Numbered from the stretch's first letter, positions 10,339-19,970 are shown. The stretch is 64,000 nucleotides of DNA from an uncultured virus (IMG/VR IMGVR_UViG_3300024358_000470) (IMGVR_UViG_3300024358_000470); one strand, 5' to 3'. The notes: a model not told the origin generated them from the sequence alone. Numbers and translations are program-made.

Positions 10339-10752
10339 ATGACTCAAGTTATTGATACAAACAAATATATTGAATTCGTTCGTCAAACTACAAGTCCAGC
10401 AAGCAGTGATTTTGCTCAACTACTTGCTCGTATGACTGAACTTGAAGCAACTAATGATGCTGATGTTCCGCGTCTTCTTACTGCTGCTCTTGGTATGAGT
10501 GCTGAAGCGGGGGAGTTTACTGAGGTTGTAAAAAAAATCATCCTTCAAGGTAAACCATACAATGAAGAGAATGCCTTTCACTTGAAGCGTGAACTTGGAG
10601 ATATCTGTTGGTATCTGTCTCAAGCATTTATGGCACTCGATACTAACTTCGAAGAAATTCTTAAGATGAACTATGAAAAACTGAGTGCTCGTTATCCTGA
10701 AGGAGCATTTGATGTTTATCGTTCTGAAAATCGTAAGGAGGGAGACCTGTGA
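10339..10752 (+). CDS. mazG: MazG-like NTP pyrophosphohydrolase
   Basis: EAGEF...ELGDICWY...NYEKL.ARY; ATG at 10339. Confidence 0.9.
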   Translation: MTQVIDTNKYIEFVRQTTSPASSDFAQLLARMTELEATNDADVPRLLTAALGMSAEAGEFTEVVKKIILQGKPYNEENAFHLKRELGDICWYLSQAFMALDTNFEEILKMNYEKLSARYPEGAFDVYRSENRKEGDL

Positions 10753-10934
10753 CTAAAGAAAAACAAGTAGCAATTAAAATGGATGCTCGTACAGCAGCAG
10801 CAGTTCGTCAAGTTTTGTTTGACGCACAAAAAGGATATACTTATGATGAAGTAAGTGTTCCTCCTCGCGTCTCTGATATTCGTGGAGTTATTCAACAACT
10901 GGATGATAATATTGCTGCCGTTCTTGGTGTTTGA
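10749..10934 (+). CDS. Hypothetical protein
   Basis: 61-aa ORF with GGAG RBS, overlapping mazG stop. Confidence 0.65.
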   Translation: MTKEKQVAIKMDARTAAAVRQVLFDAQKGYTYDEVSVPPRVSDIRGVIQQLDDNIAAVLGV

Positions 10935-10960
10935 CCCTTCGGGGTCTTTTTTTATAAATA
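10933..10960 (+). terminator. UUCG terminator abutting late promoter TATAAATA (10953-10960)
   Basis: GACCC-TTCG-GGGTC-T7 then TATAAATA. Confidence 0.85.
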
Positions 10961-10981
10961 ACTAAAAAAGTATTTGTAAAA

Positions 10982-12187
10982 ATGGATTCTAAAATTTTTA
11001 GAGAGGCAGCTCTTGCATATCAAGCAGTTTATGATGAGGAACTCCGCCAAGAGATTAAAGAGCAGCAAGAATTTGAGAACTGGGTCAATTCTCTTATTGA
11101 AGAAGGTTATGACCTGAGTGAGTATACTTGGGAAGAGATGTATGAGGCATATTTGAGCGAAATTCCCACATCAACACAGATGGGTGGAAAACCTGCACCT
11201 GCAGCAAAACCACAAGCACCTGTAATGACTGCATTTTCTGCTGGTGGTGGTAAAGCAAAAGTTCAAAAATTAATGAAAACTGGAATGAGTGGTGTTGAGG
11301 CAAACAGAAGAGTCTCTACAACTGGTGAATATCTCCAAAAGCAAGCAGCAAAACCCCCTGCAGCAAAACCAGCAGCAAAACCAGCAGCAAAACCAGCAGC
11401 AAAACCAGCAGCAGCAAGACCAGCAGCAGCAAGACCAGCAGCAACCCCAGCAGCAAGACCAGCAGCAGCAAAACCAGCGCCAACTGCTCCTGCAACAAAA
11501 CCAGCACCAACCGCTGCAGCAAAACCAGCTCCTGGAACAAAGGCAGCAGGTCCAGAATCAATCAAACCAAAAACTCCAAATCCTTTAATGCAAAAGACAT
11601 TTGGATATCAAACTGGTAATGCTCCAGATCAACAAAAAGCAAAAGCTGATGCTATTGTAAAGAGTGGTGCCGTTGCAGCACTAAAACCAACCCCAGCAGC
11701 AGCCCCTGCTCCAGTAAATAAGGCAACTGGTTCCAAAAAGCCAGGAAGTATTGTTTCTGGATTTGATATGTTCGATATTGTAAAAGGATATTTGCTCGAT
11801 GAAGGATATGCTGAAACTGAAGAGGCAGCAATCGCTATTATGGCAAATATGAGTGAAGAGTGGAGATCTGAAATTATTTCTGAAGCAGAAGGTTCATACG
11901 GCGAAACTCCAAAAGCATATAGTGCAGCATTAAAAACCAAGATGACTGCAAAGAGAAAGCCATTCTTAAAAGCAATGCAAAGGAGAACCAATCCTGCCAA
12001 CAGAAAGGATGCTTATGGTTCTCCAAGAAAGGGTCTAACTGCCGATGATAGAGAAAGAGCAAGAGCAGGTTCTGCTCACGGTGTAGGAACTCGTGCCGAC
12101 CACGATTATCCTTCAGAGGGTCCTGGTGGAATTACTAAGAATCCTAAGAAACTCCGTAAGCAAAAAGCAATGGGTGAGCACGACTGA
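10982..12187 (+). CDS. Late modular protein (DEGYA-motif family) with Pro/Ala/Lys linker, probable virion-internal protein
   Basis: LIEEGYDLSEYTWEEMYE, PAAK repeats, LLDEGYAET..NMSEEWR, TKNPKKLRKQKAMGE. Confidence 0.75.
   Translation: MDSKIFREAALAYQAVYDEELRQEIKEQQEFENWVNSLIEEGYDLSEYTWEEMYEAYLSEIPTSTQMGGKPAPAAKPQAPVMTAFSAGGGKAKVQKLMKTGMSGVEANRRVSTTGEYLQKQAAKPPAAKPAAKPAAKPAAKPAAARPAAARPAATPAARPAAAKPAPTAPATKPAPTAAAKPAPGTKAAGPESIKPKTPNPLMQKTFGYQTGNAPDQQKAKADAIVKSGAVAALKPTPAAAPAPVNKATGSKKPGSIVSGFDMFDIVKGYLLDEGYAETEEAAIAIMANMSEEWRSEIISEAEGSYGETPKAYSAALKTKMTAKRKPFLKAMQRRTNPANRKDAYGSPRKGLTADDRERARAGSAHGVGTRADHDYPSEGPGGITKNPKKLRKQKAMGEHD
11346..11530 (+). repeat. Coding tandem repeats (CCAGCAGCAAAA units; PAAK/PAAAR)
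   Basis: Visible 12-15 bp tandem units. Confidence 0.9.
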
Positions 12188-12210
12188 TAAATAAGTCGGA
12201 AGGTTGCTCT

Positions 12211-12245
12211 AACCCCTTGACTTTTCAGTTGAGGGGTTTTATAAT
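12211..12245 (+). promoter_or_regulatory. sigma70-type promoter inside terminator hairpin, driving tRNA-Ala
   Basis: TTGACT(12217)-17 nt-TATAAT(12240); AACCCCT...AGGGGTT inverted repeat. Confidence 0.75.
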
Positions 12246-12255
12246 ATCTAAACAC

Positions 12256-12327
12256 GGGGTGTTCGTATAACGGTTATTACTCTGGATTTGCATTCCAGCA
12301 ATAAGGATTCGATTTCCTTACACTCCA
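12256..12327 (+). tRNA. tRNA-Ala(UGC)
   Basis: Acceptor GGGGTGT/ACACTCC with G3.U70 and A73; anticodon stem CTGGA/TCCAG, loop TTTGCAT. Confidence 0.85.
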
Positions 12328-12364
12328 TACAGAATAATAAATACTTGAAAGAGTATTTGTATAA

Positions 12365-13054
12365 ATGGCTGGCGAACAGGGGTTTATCTACGAAGGTAAA
12401 ATTCATAGAAAATTGTTGTCTAAAAAATTAGTGCCTCCGGGATTTACTCCAGCAGGTTCTGATTCTAATGCACCAGACGCAATGTTTTTATATAATAAAA
12501 AACCATATAAACTTGAAGTAAAACTTGATTTGAAAGCCGATTATGGTCAAGGAACCTTAGAATATCAGAATGGAAGATGGGTTCTTGGTGGAGCAAAAAC
12601 TGCCGCAGCTGAAGAACTTAGAAATTTAATGAGAACTGTTGGCATTGAAAATTTTGCAAATAAGCAATGGGGACCTAAAGGACCACCAAATAAAGGAATC
12701 ATTGATAATAAAGCAATGACTGATGATATGGTAAAATCTGACTATGCGAGATTTACTGATGCATTTTTACCAATTAAATCAAGTGCTTTATGGGGTTACT
12801 ATGGTTCTAAACAAACTTATTATATTCAAATTGGTGGATATGGATTATATTATATGGCAGCAAACCCTGCCGGTCTTCCAGTTCCTCAATTTAATCCTGG
12901 TTTGAGAATTAGATTGAGGTTGAAAAGAGGTGGGAGTGGAACAATCTATAATTATAGATTTACAACCGCATTGCAAATCACAAATAAACCACCAAAATCA
13001 AAGTATGATATTGATAAAGGAGTTGATTTTTTACTTGCACAATATGCAAAGTAA
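12365..13054 (+). CDS. Putative PD-(D/E)xK nuclease-fold protein
   Basis: FIYE...APDAMF...KLEVK spacing resembles restriction-endonuclease fold; TAAATA upstream. Confidence 0.5.
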   Translation: MAGEQGFIYEGKIHRKLLSKKLVPPGFTPAGSDSNAPDAMFLYNKKPYKLEVKLDLKADYGQGTLEYQNGRWVLGGAKTAAAEELRNLMRTVGIENFANKQWGPKGPPNKGIIDNKAMTDDMVKSDYARFTDAFLPIKSSALWGYYGSKQTYYIQIGGYGLYYMAANPAGLPVPQFNPGLRIRLRLKRGGSGTIYNYRFTTALQITNKPPKSKYDIDKGVDFLLAQYAK

Positions 13055-13091
13055 TAAATAACTAAAAGACAGGTAAGTGCGTTAAAATACA

Positions 13092-14393
13092 TTGATGAAA
13101 AATTTCTTTCAGTTTTTGTCTGAGGCAACACAATCGCAAGCAGCGATGCAAGCGAAAAAACTTGGATTGGTTGGTGATGGTCATGGTGGATGGATTGACC
13201 GTTCCGGTAAAGTCATTGCGAGAACGGAGAAGGGGAAACTTAAATATATTGATGGTCGCCAAGCAAAAGGTGCAAAACAACCAGAGACACAAGCACCTCA
13301 AGCAGCACAAGCACCATCTCCTCAACCAATCGCTACAGCACAAGAACCTGCACCACAACCTCAAGCAGCACCAGGACAAGAACCCGAAGAGCAACCTGCA
13401 GAAGAACTTCCACCACTCACTGTTGTATTTGGTCGCTTCAATCCACCAACAGTGGGGCACGAAAAACTTCTCAAGTCAGCAAAGAGAATTTCTGCCGGTG
13501 GAGATATTAAGATTTATCCTTCAAGGTCTCAAGATCCAAAGAAGAATCCTTTAGACCCTGATAGTAAAGTTTCTTATATGAAGAAAATGTTCCCTGAGTT
13601 CGAGGAGAACATTATTAATGATAAGGAAATGAAGACAATTTTTAATGTTCTCATTACCGCTAATGAAGACGGGTATACTAATGTCAATATTGTTGTTGGT
13701 TCAGATAGGCAAGCAGAGTTTGAAAATCTGGCACAAAAGTATAATGGAGAACTTTATACCTTTGATCAAATTAGGGTAATCTCTGCTGGTGTTCGTGATG
13801 CTGATGCTGAGGGTGTTGAGGGAATGTCGGCATCGAAGATGAGAAAGGCAGTTATTGATGGCGATTTTAAATCTTTTAGAAGAGGCACTCCAAAGTCTCT
13901 TGATGATGCAGAAACTCAAGGTTTATTCAATGCTGTTCGTCAGGGAATGGGTGTTAAAAAGTCAGCAATCAAAAAGGAAAGTTTTGCTTTATGGGAGATT
14001 GCTCCAAAGTATGATATGAGAAATCTTCGTGAGAATTATGTGAGAGGTAAAATTTTCAGAATCGGTGATAAAGTTCAAAACCTTAATACTGGTTTGATTG
14101 GTGAAGTAATGCGTAGGGGAACCAATCATTTAATCTGTGTGACTGAAGAGGGTTATATGTTTAAGTCTTGGATTAAAGATGTGATGGAATATACCGAAGT
14201 TCAAATGGATAGTCCAATGAGAGACGAAAAGCATCCAAATACTCTTGTTGGTACATTGGGGGCATTTAAGCATTATGCATCAAAAACTCCCGGTGCAGTG
14301 GGAACTAATAAACAATATTTGCAGAAGGGTGGCAAGGCTTATGGTATCAATTTCATAAATAAGTATAAAGCAAAAAAAGCAAGTACTTTTTAA
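13092..14393 (+). CDS. Cytidylyltransferase-family (HxGH) nucleotidyltransferase
   Basis: FGRFNPPTVGHEKL, VGSDR, MSASKMR; N-terminus MKNFFQFLSEA. Confidence 0.85.
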   Translation: MMKNFFQFLSEATQSQAAMQAKKLGLVGDGHGGWIDRSGKVIARTEKGKLKYIDGRQAKGAKQPETQAPQAAQAPSPQPIATAQEPAPQPQAAPGQEPEEQPAEELPPLTVVFGRFNPPTVGHEKLLKSAKRISAGGDIKIYPSRSQDPKKNPLDPDSKVSYMKKMFPEFEENIINDKEMKTIFNVLITANEDGYTNVNIVVGSDRQAEFENLAQKYNGELYTFDQIRVISAGVRDADAEGVEGMSASKMRKAVIDGDFKSFRRGTPKSLDDAETQGLFNAVRQGMGVKKSAIKKESFALWEIAPKYDMRNLRENYVRGKIFRIGDKVQNLNTGLIGEVMRRGTNHLICVTEEGYMFKSWIKDVMEYTEVQMDSPMRDEKHPNTLVGTLGAFKHYASKTPGAVGTNKQYLQKGGKAYGINFINKYKAKKASTF

Positions 14394-14394
14394 G

Positions 14395-16695
14395 ATGAAC
14401 TCCAATAATTTAAAAGATATCTCCAAACTTTATTTGGAGCAGGTTGTCGAATCTGCGGTTCCCGGTAAACCCGCCGAGAGACTTGGTGCAGTGACTGCTA
14501 TTCCTAAGTCTGAGCAGGATGCTGCAAGAGAAAGAACTCTTGCTAAAGCAAAGGCAATGAGAGATAAGAAAAAAATAAAAGAAGCACTTGATCCTGTAGG
14601 AAAAGAAGATTCGGATATTGACAATGATGGTGATGTAGATAAGTCAGATAAGTACCTCCATAAGCGTCGTAAAGCAATTGGTAAAGCAATTGCAACCCAA
14701 AAAGAAGCACTTGATCCTGTAGGAAAAGAAGATTCGGATATTGACAATGATGGTGATGTAGATAAGTCTGATGAATATCTGAAGCATCGTAGAAAAGTTC
14801 GTGGAAAAGCAATTGGCGTTAGAAAAGAGAGTTTTTCAAATTGGAGAGATGATTTAATTGAAGTTGCAGATAAGATTAAAGGTGAAGGTAAAGAACCAAG
14901 AGTAGTTGAAAAGGAAGTTAACAATAAAGTTGACATCAATCCAAAACTTGATCTTGGGGAAAAAATTGAAGAACTTGGTGGAACTCTTCTTGAAATGAAT
15001 GAGATTGAAGATTTCAATGGAGTTCTTGATGAAATGTCAGACATGGAAATTTTCCTACTGTCAGATTCTTTAATTGAAGAAGTTGTCCAAGAATTTTTCT
15101 ATGAGTGTATTGAAGAAGGATATGATATCAATGATATTGAAAATGAGTTACTTGAATCTCTTGAAATTTCTTCTGCACTTTTAAATGAGGCAAAAGTTAC
15201 TTATGGTCACGACACTGATATTAAGAGTGATAGACTTCAAAAAGTCAAAGGTGCTGTAAAGAAAGTTGGTAAAGCAATTGCTGGTGGACTTGGATATGCA
15301 GCTGGTGCTGCAGTAAGAGGAGCAAGAGCACTGGGTTCTGCAGCAAGAAAAGGTTATGAGAGAGGTAGAAGTGGATCTTCTTCATCATCAACTACAACTT
15401 CAGGAACTTCAACTACTTCAGATTCTGGTAGTGGTAAATCAACTTCAGATGGAGAAGATAAAAAACCAGGTCTTCTTTCGAGAATTGGTTCAAAATTGAA
15501 GAGAGGTCTTGCAAAAGCCGCAAGGTCGGTATCAAGAGGAGCAAGAAATGTTGCTCGTAAGATTGAAGGTGGCAAACCTTCAAAATCAAAAGCACAAAAA
15601 GAGGCACCAAAACCAACGGCAGCACCTAAGAAAGCAGAAAAACCCGCTGACCCATGGGAAGGAAGTGCAACAACTCCTCCCAAAAAAGAAGAGGGGAGAC
15701 CAGCTAAAAAAGCAAGAAAAGGATCTCCATCACCTGCTGAAGTAAAAGCAAAAATTGATGCTAAAGAAAAGACAAAACCAAAAGCAAAACCAAAAAGAAA
15801 GTCTAAGTTAGATGATCTTCTTGCAAGTGTAAGAAGTGAGGAAGTGCATATTGATGAAGCTGAGTATGCTCCTAATAAATATGGTAGAACTGCTGGTGGG
15901 CAGTGGTATAGAAAAGATGCACAAAAAACAGGTGGATCTGGTGCATGGGAAGGGGGAATTCCTGGAGATGTTCCTCGTCCAACACCGGGGTTAAATCTAC
16001 CTCAGGCAAGTTTAAAGAAAAAGCCTTCTACAATGGTTGCTCATTACGAACCTGATGGAAACATAATTGATGAAAAAACCCTAACCTCTGCGGAGACTAA
16101 AGAAAAGGAAAGAATCGTTAAGTCAATGAAGTCCAAGGCAGGAGACTTTGAGAAGAGATATCCTGGTCGCGGTAAAGAAGTAATGTATGCGACTGCTACT
16201 AAAATGGCAAAGAAAATCGCAGAGCAAAATATTAACGAATTCTTAGGAACTGGTAGAGTTGTTGCTGGAAAAACTCAAGCAGGATATAATTCTGGATCAA
16301 AATTTACACAGGCTGGAACGGTTCAGAAAGTTTTTGGTAAGACAGTTCCTGGAAGTTTTAAACCAGGAGTTTCTCAGTCCGATGTAAATAGACATAATCA
16401 AAGAGTTGGTTCTGGTTCACAGATTAAACCAAATAAACAATCTATGAATCAACTTTTGGGTAAAGAACGTGGTGGTCAAACTACTGTTGGCGTAACTCCA
16501 GATAAGAAACCTCCTGCAGCAAAACCAGTAGCAAAACCTGCTACTGCTAAATCTAAACCACAAACTGCATCTGCAGCACTTGCTAAAGGTCTCAAGGGAG
16601 TTCCTCTTTTAGGAAATGTTGCAGATGTCGCAAATAAGTATGATAGAAGGATTAACTATAGAGATAATCCAGAAATGCAAAAATATATGAAGTGA
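14395..16695 (+). CDS. Large modular protein with duplicated EF-hand-like motif, probable virion protein
   Basis: Two copies of EALDPVGKEDSDIDNDGDVDKSD; alternating acidic and basic segments. Confidence 0.7.
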   Translation: MNSNNLKDISKLYLEQVVESAVPGKPAERLGAVTAIPKSEQDAARERTLAKAKAMRDKKKIKEALDPVGKEDSDIDNDGDVDKSDKYLHKRRKAIGKAIATQKEALDPVGKEDSDIDNDGDVDKSDEYLKHRRKVRGKAIGVRKESFSNWRDDLIEVADKIKGEGKEPRVVEKEVNNKVDINPKLDLGEKIEELGGTLLEMNEIEDFNGVLDEMSDMEIFLLSDSLIEEVVQEFFYECIEEGYDINDIENELLESLEISSALLNEAKVTYGHDTDIKSDRLQKVKGAVKKVGKAIAGGLGYAAGAAVRGARALGSAARKGYERGRSGSSSSSTTTSGTSTTSDSGSGKSTSDGEDKKPGLLSRIGSKLKRGLAKAARSVSRGARNVARKIEGGKPSKSKAQKEAPKPTAAPKKAEKPADPWEGSATTPPKKEEGRPAKKARKGSPSPAEVKAKIDAKEKTKPKAKPKRKSKLDDLLASVRSEEVHIDEAEYAPNKYGRTAGGQWYRKDAQKTGGSGAWEGGIPGDVPRPTPGLNLPQASLKKKPSTMVAHYEPDGNIIDEKTLTSAETKEKERIVKSMKSKAGDFEKRYPGRGKEVMYATATKMAKKIAEQNINEFLGTGRVVAGKTQAGYNSGSKFTQAGTVQKVFGKTVPGSFKPGVSQSDVNRHNQRVGSGSQIKPNKQSMNQLLGKERGGQTTVGVTPDKKPPAAKPVAKPATAKSKPQTASAALAKGLKGVPLLGNVADVANKYDRRINYRDNPEMQKYMK
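14578..14768 (+). repeat. 68-bp exact direct repeat, 123-bp period
   Basis: 14578-14645 identical to 14701-14768. Confidence 0.9.
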
Positions 16696-16749
16696 ATCTG
16701 TTATATAAAAATCCTAAATATCTTTGGATACTCTTTTACGGAGGACATT

Positions 16750-16923
16750 ATGGGCGCAGTAGTAGCAGTGGTAAAACCACTTCTTATTCAGATTGCAACT
16801 CATCCAGCTGTTAAAGGTCTTGTTCTTGACCTACTTAAAAAGTATGTTGATAGCACCGATAACAGTATTGATAATGTCGTTTATGATTTAGTAAAGGATA
16901 AACTCTTTACACCACAAGCATGA
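16750..16923 (+). CDS. Small hypothetical protein
   Basis: 57-aa MGAVVAVVKPLL...STDNSIDN read manually; GGAGG RBS. Confidence 0.7.
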   Translation: MGAVVAVVKPLLIQIATHPAVKGLVLDLLKKYVDSTDNSIDNVVYDLVKDKLFTPQA

Positions 16924-17084
16924 TTACCTGCCTTGTAACTAACTGGGGAGTAACCATTATTCTTGGTCTATTACTAACTACATCCGAGTGGTTGGCAAAA
17001 ACAAAAAGATTTGAGGAGAATGGATTGCTTGATTTAACAACTAATTTTTTGAGAGTTGTTTTACATAAGGGAGACCAAAAGTAA
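16920..17084 (+). CDS. Small membrane protein
   Basis: 54-aa MITCLVTNWGVTIILGLLLTTSEWL... read manually; ATGA overlap. Confidence 0.55.
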   Translation: MITCLVTNWGVTIILGLLLTTSEWLAKTKRFEENGLLDLTTNFLRVVLHKGDQK

Positions 17085-17105
17085 GGTCTCTTTTTTTTAT
17101 AAATA
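17071..17105 (+). terminator. Terminator followed by late promoter TATAAATA (17098-17105)
   Basis: GAGACC..GGTCTC-T8. Confidence 0.8.
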
Positions 17106-17138
17106 ATTTTTAGCAAATAACTTTACGGAAGAAAGAAC

Positions 17139-17891
17139 ATGGCACTCTGGGGAAATAATGATGCTAAAGGATCTGGTGGTACAGTATCTCTTGATTATGC
17201 AACCCTTACTGTAACTGGCAGTGGAACTACATTTGGTCAAGTAGGTGCTGCTGCAACTGGAGATGTGATTAGATTTGGTACTGCATTTGGTGTTCACTAC
17301 GGTGATGCTGTAATTGTTGGTATTGCAAGTACGACGAGTCTTTCTATTGCATCAACTGCAGGATTAAATGGGTCTGCTATTTCTGGAGTTGCATTTGAAA
17401 TTAGCGAATCGCCTAAGTATGCAGTTTTAGATAGTCATTTAAATCAGTCAACTGGGTCAGTAACTGAAAACTATACCTTCCTTAAGACATCCGCAACTTA
17501 TACTGCAGGTGTTGGAACTGATATAGTTTTAGTTAATAGTGTTGCTGGTGTTGTTGCTGGAGATACTCTTGCCAGTGGAGCTGTTTCTAAGGTTGTCGCA
17601 TCTGTTGGATCAACTTCAGTTTCTCTTGCATCAACCATCGCAACTGCAATTACTGCTGGAAACTTAGTTACTTTCTCAAGGGTAACTGGTGGTCGTGAGA
17701 CTGCTGTTATTGGTGCTAATGGAACTGTTGTTACTGCGGCATCAGCAACTCGCTATGAGTTAACTCATGGTGGTTGGGTCGGTATTACGACATATAAAGA
17801 TAGTGAAGGTAATCTGAGAGTTAGGAAGGAAGTTCTTGTTGCAATGTCTGGAATTACTACTGGAAATACAAATTATCCACCTGCTCTATAA
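17139..17891 (+). CDS. Probable virion structural protein
   Basis: MALWGNND start, G/T/A/V-rich, C-terminal HGGWVG..EVLVAMS; late promoter. Confidence 0.7.
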   Translation: MALWGNNDAKGSGGTVSLDYATLTVTGSGTTFGQVGAAATGDVIRFGTAFGVHYGDAVIVGIASTTSLSIASTAGLNGSAISGVAFEISESPKYAVLDSHLNQSTGSVTENYTFLKTSATYTAGVGTDIVLVNSVAGVVAGDTLASGAVSKVVASVGSTSVSLASTIATAITAGNLVTFSRVTGGRETAVIGANGTVVTAASATRYELTHGGWVGITTYKDSEGNLRVRKEVLVAMSGITTGNTNYPPAL

Positions 17892-17894
17892 TCT

Positions 17895-18308
17895 ATGATT
17901 TTTAATGAGTTGAATGAGGATAATTTTATATTATTCGCTATTAAACATTATGAAAATCCTCAAGCAGTAACCAAAGAAGATTTTGAAAAGGATTTAAATC
18001 ATTTCAAATATATTAAAAGATTATTGAAACGATATAAGAATACTGGTCAGTTAAAAACTCACCTTCTTCTTAATCATTTTATTATTCTTTATAATATTTT
18101 TGGGGAGGCAGCAACTCCAATGCTTTTCTATAAAATAGAAAGAGAGTTGTGGTCTGCCATGAAAACCTTCATTATTTTTCTTAATAGGTTACCCGAATAT
18201 CCAAAATGTTATATACATGATATTCAAGTTGACATAAACTGCCTCTCTGAACTCTATAAAATCTACAATGGAAAAGAAGAAATTGGACTGGATAATTCAA
18301 ATAGTTAG
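17895..18308 (+). CDS. Hypothetical protein (T4-like phage type)
   Basis: FAIKHYENPQ...FKYIKRLL...LLLNHFIILYNIFG. Confidence 0.8.
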   Translation: MIFNELNEDNFILFAIKHYENPQAVTKEDFEKDLNHFKYIKRLLKRYKNTGQLKTHLLLNHFIILYNIFGEAATPMLFYKIERELWSAMKTFIIFLNRLPEYPKCYIHDIQVDINCLSELYKIYNGKEEIGLDNSNS

Positions 18309-18483
18309 AGAGCAGATGGTAACTGGTTCTTCTGCTGGTGCTCCTGGGTTTAGTGCATCTGCTGAACCAAAAGGTCCAACTGCTGGTTTTGATCCTGTTA
18401 TGGGTTTAACGAGAAGAAAAAAATATGCATCTTTAGGAGTGGGATCCCGCAAACGCTGGATGAAAAACAAACCATCGCAGTAA
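18268..18483 (+). CDS. Hypothetical protein
   Basis: 71-aa ORF with GPTAGFDPVM. Confidence 0.6.
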   Translation: MEKKKLDWIIQIVREQMVTGSSAGAPGFSASAEPKGPTAGFDPVMGLTRRKKYASLGVGSRKRWMKNKPSQ

Positions 18484-18487
18484 ACTA

Positions 18488-18835
18488 ATGTTTGGACAAG
18501 ACTCAAAGATCAAGGTTGCAGTTCTTGAAGAAAGAGTAAAAATCCATGAGGAAATGGTTGAGCGTGTAGATGCTGCCATCCAAACTTTGAGTGAAACTAA
18601 TCAAAACATTTGTAAGATGCTTGCGGTACATGACGAAAGAATTTTTAACTGTGTCAGAAGTGATGAAGATATCAATGAGAAAATGGGTAAGTTGGAAGTA
18701 AAAGTAGACGAACTTTCTAGATTTAAATGGATGGCAGCAGGTATAGTTGCTGTTGCTTTATTATTTGTTCCAGTTGTAACAGATTTTATAACTTCTTCAG
18801 TAAATTCTCTAACAGAACAAGTAAGAAATAAATAA
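18488..18835 (+). CDS. Coiled-coil protein with C-terminal transmembrane helix
   Basis: KMLAVHDER coiled coil; WMAAGIVAVALLFV segment. Confidence 0.7.
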   Translation: MFGQDSKIKVAVLEERVKIHEEMVERVDAAIQTLSETNQNICKMLAVHDERIFNCVRSDEDINEKMGKLEVKVDELSRFKWMAAGIVAVALLFVPVVTDFITSSVNSLTEQVRNK

Positions 18836-19001
18836 TTGAGTGTTGGCACAAGATGCCAGTGAAAACTAAAAATAAGACGACGATTTATTCTCTCCAAAAA
18901 ATAACAAATTCGGTTATAAAATGGACCGCTCTCATAACCGTTTTGTGTATTGACAAGACTCAATAATCTGGTAGAATAAGTAGACTCCTAAGTGTATTGT
19001 C

Positions 19002-19970
19002 ATGGATTTTGTTGATGTTAAATACATCAATTTGATTTCTTCCAGATTTCAAAAATTTAAAAAGGTAAAGCACAACCTTTATAATTTTCGTTGTCCTATT
19101 TGTGGAGATTCTCAAAAGAATAAGAATAAAGCAAGGGGATATTTGTATCAGGTAAAAAATAATACAAATTTTAAATGTCACAATTGCGGTCTCAATATAT
19201 CCTTTAATAACTTTTTAAAACAAATTGATACTGCAATATACAAACAATATACATTTGAAAAGTTTAAGGAAGGTCATACTGGAAAAAACTTTACTGTAGA
19301 AGAACCAGTATTTAAATTTGAGGCACCTAAGTTCAAACCAAAATTAAATCTACCTAAAGCATCAGCAAATACTGACGCAAAGAGTTATTTGGAAAGTAGA
19401 AAATTAAATCCAGATAACTATTATTACGCCGAAAAATTTAAGGAGTGGACTAACTCTCTTCACCAAACATTCGACAGCACAGATAAAGATGAACCAAGGA
19501 TTATCATTCCTTTGTTCTATCAAAATAATCTAGTCGGGTTTCAGGGAAGAGCACTTGGTCCCAGCAAGGTAAAATACATTACAGTAATGCTTAACGATGA
19601 CGCACCAAAAATCTATGGTCTCGATGAAGTCCAAAAAAGTGAAACTGTCTACATCACCGAAGGTCCATTCGACTCAACTTTCATTCGCAACTCGATTGCT
19701 CTTTGCGGAGCTGACGGTGATATTACTAAGTGGAATATTCGCGATTGTGTTTGGATATACGATAACGAACCACGTAATGCAGAAATCCACTCTAGAATCT
19801 CCAGAGTTATTAGTAGTGGACAAAAAGTTGTCATCTGGCCCTCAAGAATAAAAGAAAAAGATATTAATGATATGGTTTTATCTGGACTAGATGTTCAGTC
19901 TGTGATAGAATCAAATACTTACTCTGGATTAGAAGCAAAACTTAAATTTACTACCTGGAAGAAAATATGA
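19002..19970 (+). CDS. gp61: DNA primase (T4 gp61-like)
   Basis: CPICGDS..CHNC Zn finger, FQGRAL, EGPFD, DNEPRN, KDINDM. Confidence 0.95.
   Translation: MDFVDVKYINLISSRFQKFKKVKHNLYNFRCPICGDSQKNKNKARGYLYQVKNNTNFKCHNCGLNISFNNFLKQIDTAIYKQYTFEKFKEGHTGKNFTVEEPVFKFEAPKFKPKLNLPKASANTDAKSYLESRKLNPDNYYYAEKFKEWTNSLHQTFDSTDKDEPRIIIPLFYQNNLVGFQGRALGPSKVKYITVMLNDDAPKIYGLDEVQKSETVYITEGPFDSTFIRNSIALCGADGDITKWNIRDCVWIYDNEPRNAEIHSRISRVISSGQKVVIWPSRIKEKDINDMVLSGLDVQSVIESNTYSGLEAKLKFTTWKKI

Noticed and set aside
11263..11588. Poly-Q, poly-L and GFAA ORFs in alternative frames
   Set aside because: Shadows of the PAAK tandem repeat in the real gene 10982-12187
12256..12327. Reading this tRNA as Cys(GCA)
   Set aside because: The 7-nt loop TTTGCAT centres on TGC, and G3.U70 plus A73 are Ala identity elements
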